Shown one piece after another: positions 47,087-55,580 of a DNA stretch of 64,000 nucleotides. Origin of the DNA: Rhizobium sp. Q54 (GTDB taxonomy: Bacteria; Pseudomonadota; Alphaproteobacteria; UBA2966; CAIVPW01); contig CAMEYM010000019.1 in NCBI GenBank assembly GCA_945947575.1, positions 578 to 64,577 on the forward strand. The letters are read 5' to 3'. How positions within the stretch are numbered: the stretch's first letter is position 1; each line of letters begins with the position of its first letter. The notes beneath the pieces were generated by a model, which was not told the origin of the DNA, searched no databases, and saw only the letters and a list, made by a program, of their open reading frames with translations. Position numbers and translations under genes: made by a program.

Positions 47087-47883
47087 CCTGGATTGGCGAT
47101 ATCTGGTGGGATATCCTCGGTTTGGAGCCCACATCTGGTACCGAGTCCGTGTCCACGTCCCAACCGCGTACCCTTCGCATCGGCGACGCCGACGTCCCCT
47201 ACGCGCTGATCCGCACCAAGCAACGCCGCCGCACCATCGCGTTCGCCATCGAAGGCCGCGAGGGTCTGGTCGTGCGCGCGCCGATGAAGGCGAGCTTCAA
47301 GTCGATCGAAGAGGTCGCGCAGAAGTTCAGCCGCTGGATCACACGCCGCCTCGCCGAGCTGCGCGACGTCGCGCCGCCGCGGCCGATGATCGGCGGCGGC
47401 ACCGTGCCGGTACTCGGACAAGAAGTGCGCCTGCGCGTGCTGACCGGATCGGGCCGCCGCGCCCGCTGCACCCGCGTCGACGACGCCCTCGAGATTCGCG
47501 TGCCGGAGCATGTGCCGAGCGACGACTACGCCACCGCCATCCTCGACGCGGTGCTCGCCTGGTACCGCGAGTTCGCGGCCGCAGAGTTCGTGCGCCGCGC
47601 CGACTTCTGGGCGGCGCACCTCGGCGTGACGTATCTCGCGCTGCACGTCAGCAATCCCACCGCGCGCTGGGGCAGTTGCAGCGCCGACAACGACATCCGC
47701 ATCAACTGGCGCCTGGCCATGGCGCCACCCGCGCTGCTCGACTACGTCATCGCCCACGAGCTGTGCCACGTCGTGCACAAGAACCACTCGCGCCGCTTCT
47801 GGGCCAAGCTCGCCAAGGTGATGCCCGACTGGCGGGAGCGGCGCGAGGAACTGCGCCGGATCGGTCCTGGCCTATCGCTCTAG
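47083..47883 (+). CDS. M48/DUF45 (YgjP-like) zinc metalloprotease
   Basis: HEXXH motif in VIAHELCHVVHKNHS, with the YgjP-like N-terminus. 266 aa. Translationally coupled to the PPDK fragment. Confidence 0.75.
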   Translation: MTWIGDIWWDILGLEPTSGTESVSTSQPRTLRIGDADVPYALIRTKQRRRTIAFAIEGREGLVVRAPMKASFKSIEEVAQKFSRWITRRLAELRDVAPPRPMIGGGTVPVLGQEVRLRVLTGSGRRARCTRVDDALEIRVPEHVPSDDYATAILDAVLAWYREFAAAEFVRRADFWAAHLGVTYLALHVSNPTARWGSCSADNDIRINWRLAMAPPALLDYVIAHELCHVVHKNHSRRFWAKLAKVMPDWRERREELRRIGPGLSL

Positions 47884-47980
47884 GACCGTAAGTGGCTGAA
47901 TCGCAAGGGTCCGCCGCCTGGAATGGCCGGGTAGGCGGGCGTATTGTGTGGAGGGGCGAGGCGCCTCGGGGAGAACCGAC

Positions 47981-48310
47981 ATGACCACCACAAAGCTGTT
48001 TGCGAGTGCGTTGGTAGCAGTGTTGGCGGCAGGTGGGGCGAGTGCAGCGAACGTCGGGACGACGGTCGCGCCCAACCTGGGGATACAACTGGCGCAGGTG
48101 CAAGGCGCGATCGCGCCGAAGCCGACCGCCGATCCAGTGGTGCGGCAAGCGCAGCAGGCTCTCGCCGCCGCGCGGTTCAATCCGGGCCCGATCGACGGCG
48201 TCATGGGCGCCAGGACGCGCCAGGCGATCCGCGACTTCCAGACCGCGCGCAGGATCGCGCCGTCGGGCGACCTCGACGTTGCCACGCGCGCCGCGCTGGG
48301 GATTCGCTAG
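47981..48310 (+). CDS. secreted peptidoglycan-binding (PG_binding_1) domain protein
   Basis: Signal peptide MTTTKLFASALVAVLAAGGASA. C-terminal VRQAQQALAAARFNPGPIDGVMGARTRQAIRDFQ is the PG-binding-1 motif. GGGGAG RBS. Confidence 0.7.
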   Translation: MTTTKLFASALVAVLAAGGASAANVGTTVAPNLGIQLAQVQGAIAPKPTADPVVRQAQQALAAARFNPGPIDGVMGARTRQAIRDFQTARRIAPSGDLDVATRAALGIR

Positions 48311-48879
48311 CGCAGCTGCTTGTAGCGGAAGCAGGTGGTGACATGGTCGTTGACCATGCCCACCGCCTGCATGAACGCGTAGCAGATCGTCGGCCCAACG
48401 AACTTGAAGCCGCGCGCCTTGAGCGCCTTGCTCATGGCGCGGCTCTCGTCCGTCTCGGCTGGAATGCCGGTCCACGCCTGCCAGCGGTTCTGCAGCGTGG
48501 CACCGCCTGTGAATTGCCACAGGAACGCATCGAGCGTCTCGCCGCTCTCGCGCATCTCGAGGTGCGCCTTGGCGCTGGCGATGGCGCCTTCGACCTTGGC
48601 GCGGTTGCGGACGATGCCCGCATCGTTCATCAGCCGCGCGACGTCCTTCGCGCCGAAGCGTGCGACCCGCTCGGGATCGAAGTTGCGAAAGGCGGCGCGG
48701 AAGTTGTCGCGCTTGCGCAGGATGGTGATCCAGGAGAGACCCGCCTGGAATCCATCGAGCACCAGCTTCTCGTAGAGGGCGCGGTCGTCGTGCTCGGGCA
48801 CGCCCCATTCCTCGTCGTGGTAGGCGAGGTAGAGCGGATCCTGGCCGGGCCAGGTGCAGCGTTTCGGCTCCGCCGCCAC
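48307..48879 (-). CDS. tag: DNA-3-methyladenine glycosylase I
   Basis: RCTWPGQDPLYLAYHDEEWGVPEHDDRALYEKLVLDGFQAGLSWITIL and CYAFMQAVGMVNDH (zinc site) are canonical Tag. 190 aa. Confidence 0.9.
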   Translation of the reverse strand: MAAEPKRCTWPGQDPLYLAYHDEEWGVPEHDDRALYEKLVLDGFQAGLSWITILRKRDNFRAAFRNFDPERVARFGAKDVARLMNDAGIVRNRAKVEGAIASAKAHLEMRESGETLDAFLWQFTGGATLQNRWQAWTGIPAETDESRAMSKALKARGFKFVGPTICYAFMQAVGMVNDHVTTCFRYKQLR

Positions 48880-48884
48880 GCCGG

Positions 48885-49856
48885 CTAGCGCTGGCCCGCC
48901 TCGGCGGCCGGTTCCCTGAACCAGGCCGGGCGAACGGCGCGCACGGTGGCGGCGCCTGCCTTTAAGGTCGCGCCGGTGCGCTCCGCCATCTCCACGTGCT
49001 CGAGGCGCAGCAGCGCGATGCCGATGCCCGCGACTGCCGAGCGCATCTCGCCCGCCTCGATATCGCCGAGCAGCACCGGTGTGCCGGCCTCGGGTACCGG
49101 GCCGTCGATGTACACCGGCATGAGCCGCTTGCGGATGGTGCCGCGGTAGTGCGTGCGCGCGGTCAACTCCTGACCGACGTAGCAGCCCTTGCCGTAGTCG
49201 ATGGCATGCAGCGCATCGAGGCCTGCTTCGAGCGGAAACGTCTTGTCGACCAGCAAGTCGCGCGAAGCGTCGGGCACGCCCAGCGACAAGCGCATGGCGT
49301 CATACGCAGCCGTCGTGCTCGCCGGCAATCCCGCGCCGGCGATCGTCGCTCCAATCGTTGCCGGCGGCGCGATGATTCGCGCGCCGAGTTCGCTCAAGCG
49401 CGGGTCGGTGAATGCAACGCCATCGGCAAGCACGCGCGCGCACCCCGGTGCGTCACCGAGCGCGAGACGTTGCGCCACGCCGGCACCGAAGGCGCCGGCG
49501 ACGCTGAAACGGTCGCTGACGTCGGTGAGGGTGACGTCCGAGCGCAACTTGTAGAGCGTCAGGCGCCGGATCAGATCCGGCAGGCGCTCGCGCTCGACGT
49601 CGAGCAGCAGCGATGACCCGGACGCCGTGTCGTCGTAAGCGGCCAGGAAGAAGTCGTGCAGGTACTTGCCCTGCGGCGACAGCAGCAGCGCGTAGATTGC
49701 GGTGTCCGCCGACAGGCGCCGGACGTCGTTCGAGATGATGTTCTGCAGCAGGTCGCGCGCGTCCGCGCCGCCGACGCCCAGGACGCCGCGCGCAGGGAGG
49801 ACAGCGAAGCCGGGCGGGGGCGCTGCCGCGGAACGTGCGGCGGACATTTCGACCAT
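48885..49856 (-). CDS. ygfZ: folate-binding Fe-S cluster repair / tRNA-modifying protein YgfZ (CAF17) family
   Basis: KGCYVGQELTARTHYRG hallmark motif and aminomethyltransferase-like fold. The start is one of the closely spaced ATGs at complement 49854-49856 or 49845-49847. Confidence 0.8.
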   Translation of the reverse strand: MVEMSAARSAAAPPPGFAVLPARGVLGVGGADARDLLQNIISNDVRRLSADTAIYALLLSPQGKYLHDFFLAAYDDTASGSSLLLDVERERLPDLIRRLTLYKLRSDVTLTDVSDRFSVAGAFGAGVAQRLALGDAPGCARVLADGVAFTDPRLSELGARIIAPPATIGATIAGAGLPASTTAAYDAMRLSLGVPDASRDLLVDKTFPLEAGLDALHAIDYGKGCYVGQELTARTHYRGTIRKRLMPVYIDGPVPEAGTPVLLGDIEAGEMRSAVAGIGIALLRLEHVEMAERTGATLKAGAATVRAVRPAWFREPAAEAGQR

Positions 49857-50063
49857 GGCCAATGAAGTAAAGGCGGCCCTAGGGCTTGGCAAGGCCAGCC
49901 CCGCGCCCACCCAGTGGGCCGCAGCGGCGCTAGACTCTTGGAGGATCAGGGGCTGTCGTCGTATAAGGGGATCATCGCGTCGGCACCGGGCGGGGCCGAG
50001 GCGCGGGAAATCTTAGTAGCAGGCAGAGTGGGGGAGGTGCTGCGTGCAGAGTAGGGCGCGGCC

Positions 50064-51050
50064 ATGAAGCTACTCTTTGTCACATCGAACCGCATCGGTG
50101 ATGCGGTGCTGTCTACCGGCCTGCTCAATCATATTCTGCGCGAACACCCCGACATGCGCACAACGGTGGCATGTGGGCCCGATCCTGCCCCGCTGTTCAC
50201 CGAAGTTCCCAACCTCGATCGCATCATCGTCATGGTGAAGCAGCCGCGCGCCAAGCATTGGCGCGCGCTGTGGCGCGAGACCGTTCGCACGCGCTGGGAC
50301 CTGGTCGTCGACCTGCGCGCCTCCGCCCTCGCGTACTTCCTGCGGGCGGGCGAGCGGCACGTCTTCCGCCCGAGCGACGAGCCGGTGCATCAGGTCGTGC
50401 AGCTCTCACAGTTCCTCGAACTCGCACATATTGCCGCGCCGGGACTTTGGCTCGGACAGAAGCAAATCACGGCGGCCAAGCGCATGCTACCGCCGGGACC
50501 ACCGATCCTCGCGGTCGGTCCGACCGCCAACTGGCCCGGCAAGCAATGGCCGGCGAGTCGCTTCGCCGACCTGATCCTGCGTCTCATCGCGCCGGGCGCG
50601 ATCCTCGAGGATGCGCGCGTCGCCGTGTTCGGTGCGGAGAGCGAGCGCCTTGCGGCACGGCCGCTGCTCGATCGCATTCCCAAGGAGCGCCGCCTCGACT
50701 GCATCGGACGCTTCGACATTCTTACGGCCGCCGCGGCGCTGCAGGAGTGCGCCTTCTACATCGGCAACGACTCCGGGCTGATGCACATCGCCGCCGCCAC
50801 CTACACGCCGACCCTCGGCCTGTTCGGCCCGAGCCGCGAAGAGATCTACGCCCCGTGGGGCGATCATTGCGCCGCCGTGCGCACCAAGCTCACCTACGCT
50901 GAATTGTCGGCGATGCCGCAGTTCAGTCCTTCGCGGCGCGAGACCTTGATGGGCTCGTTGGCGGTGGAGACGGTCGAGGCCGCGGCCATCGACCTGTGGC
51001 GGCGCTGCCATCCGGTGACCGCTCCCCAGGTCGCGAGCGGCGGCAACTAG
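50064..51050 (+). CDS. glycosyltransferase family 9 (heptosyltransferase-like)
   Basis: MKLLFVTSNRIGDAVLSTGLL N-terminus and C-terminal IGNDSGLMHIAAATYTPTLGLFGPS are typical of GT9 ADP-heptose:LPS heptosyltransferases. Confidence 0.8.
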   Translation: MKLLFVTSNRIGDAVLSTGLLNHILREHPDMRTTVACGPDPAPLFTEVPNLDRIIVMVKQPRAKHWRALWRETVRTRWDLVVDLRASALAYFLRAGERHVFRPSDEPVHQVVQLSQFLELAHIAAPGLWLGQKQITAAKRMLPPGPPILAVGPTANWPGKQWPASRFADLILRLIAPGAILEDARVAVFGAESERLAARPLLDRIPKERRLDCIGRFDILTAAAALQECAFYIGNDSGLMHIAAATYTPTLGLFGPSREEIYAPWGDHCAAVRTKLTYAELSAMPQFSPSRRETLMGSLAVETVEAAAIDLWRRCHPVTAPQVASGGN

Positions 51051-51060
51051 CCTCGATCCC

Positions 51061-52083
51061 TTGCGCGTATTCCAGGTCATGGCCGGCGCGGCCACGGGCG
51101 GCGCCGAAACCTACTTCGTCGATCTCGTGACGGCGCTGGCGCGTGCCGGTCTCGACCAGCGCGTCGCGATCCGGTCGGAGCCGGGGCGTGCCGCGACTCT
51201 GCGCAACGACGGACTCGCCGTGCTCCAGATGCGCTTCGGCGGCATCTTCGATTGGTCCACCCGCCGCGCGCTGCGTGAGGCATTCGCCGCGGAGCGGCCC
51301 GACATCGTGCAGACCTGGATGAGTCGCGCCACCCAGCGCTGTCCGCGCACCGACGCGATCCGGGTCGGCTGGCTGGGCGGCTACTATCCGCCGCGCGTGT
51401 TCCGCGACTGCGACCACGTCGTCGGCGTGACGCCGGACCTCGTCCGCCATCTGCGCGAGGGAGGTTTCGCGGCCGATCGCGCCCATTACATTCCGACCTT
51501 CGCGCCCGCCCAGCCCGCGCCGCCGGTGTCGCGCGCGTCGCTGGCGACGCCCGAGGGCGCGCCGTTGCTATTGGCGCTGGGCCGCCTGCACGGGAAGAAG
51601 GGATTCGACGTCCTGCTGCAGGCCCTGGCCAAGGTCCCCGACGCCTGGCTCTGGATCGCCGGCGAAGGGCCGTTGCGGGCCGAGCTGATCGCGCTGGCGG
51701 CGCGCCTCGGAGTCGATAGCCGTGTCCGATTCCTGGGCTGGCGCACCGATCGCGAGGCGTTGTTGGCGGCCTGCGACGTTTGCGTGATGCCGTCGCGCTA
51801 CGAGCCGTTCGGCACCGTGATGATCGAGGCGTGGGCGGCGCAGAAGCCGCTCATTGCCGCGGCGGCGGCGGGGCCCAGGGGCTTGGTGCGGGACGGCGTC
51901 GATGGACTGCTGGTGCCGATCGACGACGTCGCCGCGCTGGCTGCCGCCATCGACCGCGTGCTCCGCGACCGGGCGCTCGCCGCGGCGCTGGCGGCCGCTG
52001 GGCATGCGGTGTATCAGCAGCGCTACACCGAGGGGGCCGTCGTGACCCAGTACCTGGACTTCTACCAGCGGATCCGCGCGTGA
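51061..52083 (+). CDS. glycosyltransferase family 4 (GT-B, group 1)
   Basis: VCVMPSRYEPFGTVMIEAWAAQKPLIAAAAAGPRGLVRDGVDGLLVP has the EX7E motif region. TTG start with MRVFQVMAGAATGGAE N-terminus. Confidence 0.8.
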   Translation: MRVFQVMAGAATGGAETYFVDLVTALARAGLDQRVAIRSEPGRAATLRNDGLAVLQMRFGGIFDWSTRRALREAFAAERPDIVQTWMSRATQRCPRTDAIRVGWLGGYYPPRVFRDCDHVVGVTPDLVRHLREGGFAADRAHYIPTFAPAQPAPPVSRASLATPEGAPLLLALGRLHGKKGFDVLLQALAKVPDAWLWIAGEGPLRAELIALAARLGVDSRVRFLGWRTDREALLAACDVCVMPSRYEPFGTVMIEAWAAQKPLIAAAAAGPRGLVRDGVDGLLVPIDDVAALAAAIDRVLRDRALAAALAAAGHAVYQQRYTEGAVVTQYLDFYQRIRA

Positions 52084-53411
52084 GCGCCACCTACGACCTG
52101 ATCGTGCGCGGCGGCGAATGCGTGCTGCCGGAGGGCGTGGTACGCGCCGACATCGGCGTGCGCGCCGGCCGCATCGCGACGCTCGGCGACCTCGGCCGCG
52201 CCAGCGCCGGCGAGGTCATCGAGGTGAAGGGCCTCACCGTGCTGCCCGGCGTCATCGACACCCAGGTGCACTTCCGCGAGCCCGGCAACGAACACAAGGA
52301 AGACCTCGAGACCGGTGCGCGTGCAGCGGTATTGGGCGGAGTCACCGCCGTGTTCGAGATGCCGAACACCGATCCACCGACGACGACAGCCGCCGCCCTC
52401 GAAGACAAGCTCACACGCGCGCGCGGCCGCATGTGGTGCGACCACGCGTTCTATGTCGGCGCCAGCCCCGACAACGCGACCAAGCTCGGCGAGCTCGAGC
52501 GGCTGCCGGGCTGCAGCGGCGTCAAGGTGTTCATGGGTTCGTCCACCGGCACCCTGCTGGTGCCGGACGACGCGACGCTCGACGCGGTCATGCGCAGCGG
52601 CAGGCGCCGCGTCTCGGTGCACTCCGAGGACGAGCCGCGCCTGCGCGAGCGCAAGGCGATTGCCGAGAAGTCGGGCGACGTGCACGACCATCCCAATTGG
52701 CGCGACGAAGAGACGGCGTTGCGCGCCACGACGCGACTGCTGCAGGCGGCACGGACGTTCGGGCGCAAGGTGCACGTCCTGCACACGACCACCGCCGAAG
52801 AGATGCAGCTCCTTGGTCGGAACCGCGACATCGCCAGCGTCGAGGTGACGCCCCAGCATCTCACGCTGGTGGCGCCGGATTGCTACGACCGCCTCGGCAC
52901 CCTCGCGCAGATGAATCCGCCGATCCGCGGCGAGCGCCACCGCGCGGCGCTGTGGCAGGGCGTCGCCAGCGGGACGGTGGATGTCGTCGGCTCCGATCAC
53001 GCGCCGCACACGCGCGAAGAGAAGGCCAAGCGCTATCCGGCGTCCCCCTCCGGCATGCCGGGGGTGCAGACGCTGCTGCCGGTCCTGCTCGACCATGTCG
53101 CCGCGGGGCGTCTCGACTTGCGCCGCCTAGTCGAGCTGACCAGCACCGGTGCGGCGCGGCTTTGGGGGTTGCAAGGCAAGGGAGCTCTGGCGGTCGGCCG
53201 CGACGCGGATCTCTCCCTCGTCGACCGCAAGGCGCGGCGCACCATCACCAACCAATGGATCGCCAGCCGCTGCGGCTGGACGCCGTTCGACGGCATGACG
53301 GTGACGGGTTGGCCCAAGGCCACCGTCATCCGCGGCATCGTCGTGATGCAGGACGACGAGGTGCGCGGCCAGCCGGTCGGCCAGCCGCTGACGTTCGCCG
53401 AGACGGCCTAA
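52080..53411 (+). CDS. dihydroorotase-like cyclic amidohydrolase (allantoinase/DHOase multifunctional-type)
   Basis: Metal-binding GVIDTQVHFREPG, ...HSED..., VHVLHTTT, VGSDHAPH. 443 aa. GTG start overlapping the GT4 stop (GTGA). Confidence 0.75.
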   Translation: MSATYDLIVRGGECVLPEGVVRADIGVRAGRIATLGDLGRASAGEVIEVKGLTVLPGVIDTQVHFREPGNEHKEDLETGARAAVLGGVTAVFEMPNTDPPTTTAAALEDKLTRARGRMWCDHAFYVGASPDNATKLGELERLPGCSGVKVFMGSSTGTLLVPDDATLDAVMRSGRRRVSVHSEDEPRLRERKAIAEKSGDVHDHPNWRDEETALRATTRLLQAARTFGRKVHVLHTTTAEEMQLLGRNRDIASVEVTPQHLTLVAPDCYDRLGTLAQMNPPIRGERHRAALWQGVASGTVDVVGSDHAPHTREEKAKRYPASPSGMPGVQTLLPVLLDHVAAGRLDLRRLVELTSTGAARLWGLQGKGALAVGRDADLSLVDRKARRTITNQWIASRCGWTPFDGMTVTGWPKATVIRGIVVMQDDEVRGQPVGQPLTFAETA

Positions 53412-54184
53412 GCGCGGCCCTTCGCGATAAACCCAGGGTTCTTGAACTTCGGCTTGGCGTAGCCGAGCTCGGCGCCGTCGCGGGTGACGACGCGGCCGCC
53501 GGCGGCGGCCAGGACCGCGTGGCCCGCCGCGGTGTCCCATTCGTTGGTGTTGCCGAAGCGCGGATAGAGGTCGGCTTCGCCGGCCGCGACCAGGCAGAAC
53601 TTCAGCGAGCTGCCGGCGGAGGTGATGCTCTTCACCGGCAGGGTGGCGAGGTACTCGTCGGTGTCGGTATCGCGGTGCGAACGGCTGGCGACCACGACGA
53701 AGCCGTCTTTCGCGGCGCGACGAGCGGAGATCTTCTGCGGAGCGCCGCCGTTGGTCTCGGAGAACACCTCGCCCGGTCCTGAATTCCAGAACATGCGACC
53801 GACGGCCGGCGCGTAGACGACGCCGATGGTGGGCCGGCCGTTCTCGATCAGGCCGATGTTGACGGTGAACTCCCCGTTGCGGCTGACGAACTCCTTGGTG
53901 CCGTCCAGCGGGTCGACCAGCCAGAACGGAGTGCCGGTGACGTCGGGCATGACGCCCTTGGCGACGGCTTCTTCGGCGACGACGGGCAAGCGCGGGCGGA
54001 GCCGGGTCAACTCTTCGGTGATGAGACGTTCGGCGGCCTCATCGGCCTCGGTGACCGGCGAGCGATCCTCCTTGGCGCGCACTTCGAACGGGGTGCGATA
54101 CACCGCCATGATCTGCTCGCCTGCACGCAGGGCGATGTCGCGGATGGCGGCGGCCAGCGCGCTGTGAGGAAGATCACTGCTCAT
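53408..54184 (-). CDS. cysQ: 3'(2'),5'-bisphosphate nucleotidase / inositol monophosphatase family
   Basis: IMPase motifs EEA..., WLVDPLDGTKEF, and a DTAAG-like WDTAAGHAVL. Start at MSSDLPHS. Convergent CTAA overlap with the upstream gene. Confidence 0.8.
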   Translation of the reverse strand: MSSDLPHSALAAAIRDIALRAGEQIMAVYRTPFEVRAKEDRSPVTEADEAAERLITEELTRLRPRLPVVAEEAVAKGVMPDVTGTPFWLVDPLDGTKEFVSRNGEFTVNIGLIENGRPTIGVVYAPAVGRMFWNSGPGEVFSETNGGAPQKISARRAAKDGFVVVASRSHRDTDTDEYLATLPVKSITSAGSSLKFCLVAAGEADLYPRFGNTNEWDTAAGHAVLAAAGGRVVTRDGAELGYAKPKFKNPGFIAKGRA

Positions 54185-54274
54185 GATGGCGGGAAGGTGC
54201 ACTCGACGGCTGGGGACCCAGCGGAGGCGGGAGTGGACCATCGCGTCTGCTTTGGGTCAACCTGTCGGGACCAA

Positions 54275-54667
54275 ATGGCGGCGGCGCAAAAACTAGTTCT
54301 CATCATCGACGACGACGAAGACATCCGGTTCATCCTGCGCCGCGCGCTGGAGTCGGCGGGCTATCAGGTGCGCGAAGCGTCCGATGGAGCCGCAGGGCTC
54401 AAGCGCTTCCGCGAACAGCGGCCCGACCTCGTCATGACCGACATCATCATGCCCGAGCGCGAGGGCGTGGAGACCATCATGGCCCTGCGCAAGGAGTCGC
54501 CCGAGACGGCCATCATCGCCATGTCCGGCGGCGGCGGCGCCGATTACCTCGAGATGGCGATCAAGCTCGGGGCGGTGCGAGCGTTCTCCAAGCCGTTCTC
54601 GTTGGCCGCCGTGGTGGGGGCGGTGTACGAGATCCTGGAGGGGGTAGAGGGCCCTGGCTCGGCCTGA
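54275..54667 (+). CDS. single-domain response regulator (CheY-like receiver)
   Basis: KLVLIIDDDEDIRFILRRALESAGYQVREASDGAAGLKRF...DLVMTDIIMPEREGVE..., with a conserved Asp pocket and K in SKPF. 130 aa and no output domain. Confidence 0.8.
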   Translation: MAAAQKLVLIIDDDEDIRFILRRALESAGYQVREASDGAAGLKRFREQRPDLVMTDIIMPEREGVETIMALRKESPETAIIAMSGGGGADYLEMAIKLGAVRAFSKPFSLAAVVGAVYEILEGVEGPGSA

Positions 54668-54696
54668 CGGCTTGACTCTGGGCGAAAGGCTCCATA

Positions 54697-54711
54697 GAAC
54701 AAAAAGAGAAC
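54697..54711 (+). promoter_or_regulatory. alphaproteobacterial LexA (SOS) box GAAC-N7-GAAC
   Basis: Sequence GAACaaaaagaGAAC lies 18 nt upstream of the imuA start codon and matches the direct-repeat LexA operator of Alphaproteobacteria. Confidence 0.75.
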
Positions 54712-54728
54712 AAGGCCGAGAAACTGCC

Positions 54729-55580
54729 ATGTCTCCTGTGCCCCAACTGCCAATGTCCTATGCCCCAATGCCTCAGGCCCCAATGCCTCAGGCCCCAATG
54801 CCTCAGGCCCCAATGCCTCAGGCCATCGCGTCCCTGGAAGCCCTGCGGACGCGCATTCGCGCCATCGAAGCGCCCGGCGAGTACCGGGTCGCGTCGATGG
54901 GTACGCCTGAGATCGATGCGGCGCTCCCGTGGGGCGGGTTGCCGCGCGGCTGCTTGCACGAGATCGCCGGCACACCGGGAGATGCCGGAGCGGCCATCGG
55001 CTTCGCCGCTGCCTTGGTCGGGCGCCTGCATGCCGCGCACGAAGACGCGCGCCAGGTGCTGTGGTGCGTGCGTGGCGACACCGATCACGAGGTCGGCGCG
55101 CTCTATGCGCCCGGGCTGCGCAGCTTCGGCTTGTCGCCGCAGCAGGTGCTGCTGGTGCGCGCGGCAACGACCGCACAGGTGCTGTGGGCGATGGAGGAAG
55201 GCCTGCGCGCCGGCGGTCTCGCGGCCGTGGTGGCCGAGGTCGACGACGTCGATTTCTCCACCAGCCGCCGGTTGCAGCTGGCCGCCGAAGCACGGGGCGT
55301 CACCGCACTGCTGATCGTTCCGGCGCTGTCCGCCGTGTCGGGCGCCGTCACGCGGTGGCAACTCTCGTCTCGGGGAGGAGAGGGAGAGGCGCTGGCACCG
55401 CGTCGCGCGGATAGCGCGCTCCATCCGAAGTGGAGCGTCGAGCTGACGCGCTGCCGCGGTGGCGCCCCGGCTGCTTGGGAAGTGGAGTGGAACCATGCGT
55501 CGAATGATTTCGCTGTGGTTGCCGGCGTTCGCGACCGATCGCGCGAGTTGCGGCACGGCCTGGCGCAAGCGGCGGGTTAA
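54729..55580 (+). CDS. imuA: SOS mutagenesis protein ImuA (RecA-fold)
   Basis: First gene of the imuA-imuB-dnaE2 cassette. GTPEIDAALPWGGLPRGCLHEIAG and the RecA-like core. The N-terminus contains (PMPQA)x4 encoded by a 15-bp tandem repeat. Confidence 0.8.
   Translation: MSPVPQLPMSYAPMPQAPMPQAPMPQAPMPQAIASLEALRTRIRAIEAPGEYRVASMGTPEIDAALPWGGLPRGCLHEIAGTPGDAGAAIGFAAALVGRLHAAHEDARQVLWCVRGDTDHEVGALYAPGLRSFGLSPQQVLLVRAATTAQVLWAMEEGLRAGGLAAVVAEVDDVDFSTSRRLQLAAEARGVTALLIVPALSAVSGAVTRWQLSSRGGEGEALAPRRADSALHPKWSVELTRCRGGAPAAWEVEWNHASNDFAVVAGVRDRSRELRHGLAQAAG
54763..54822 (+). repeat. perfect 4 x 15-bp in-frame tandem repeat (CCCCAATGCCTCAGG) inside the imuA 5' end
   Basis: Seen directly: four identical consecutive 15-mers encoding PMPQA x4, preceded by a degenerate fifth unit (PQLPMSYA). 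Confidence 0.9.
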
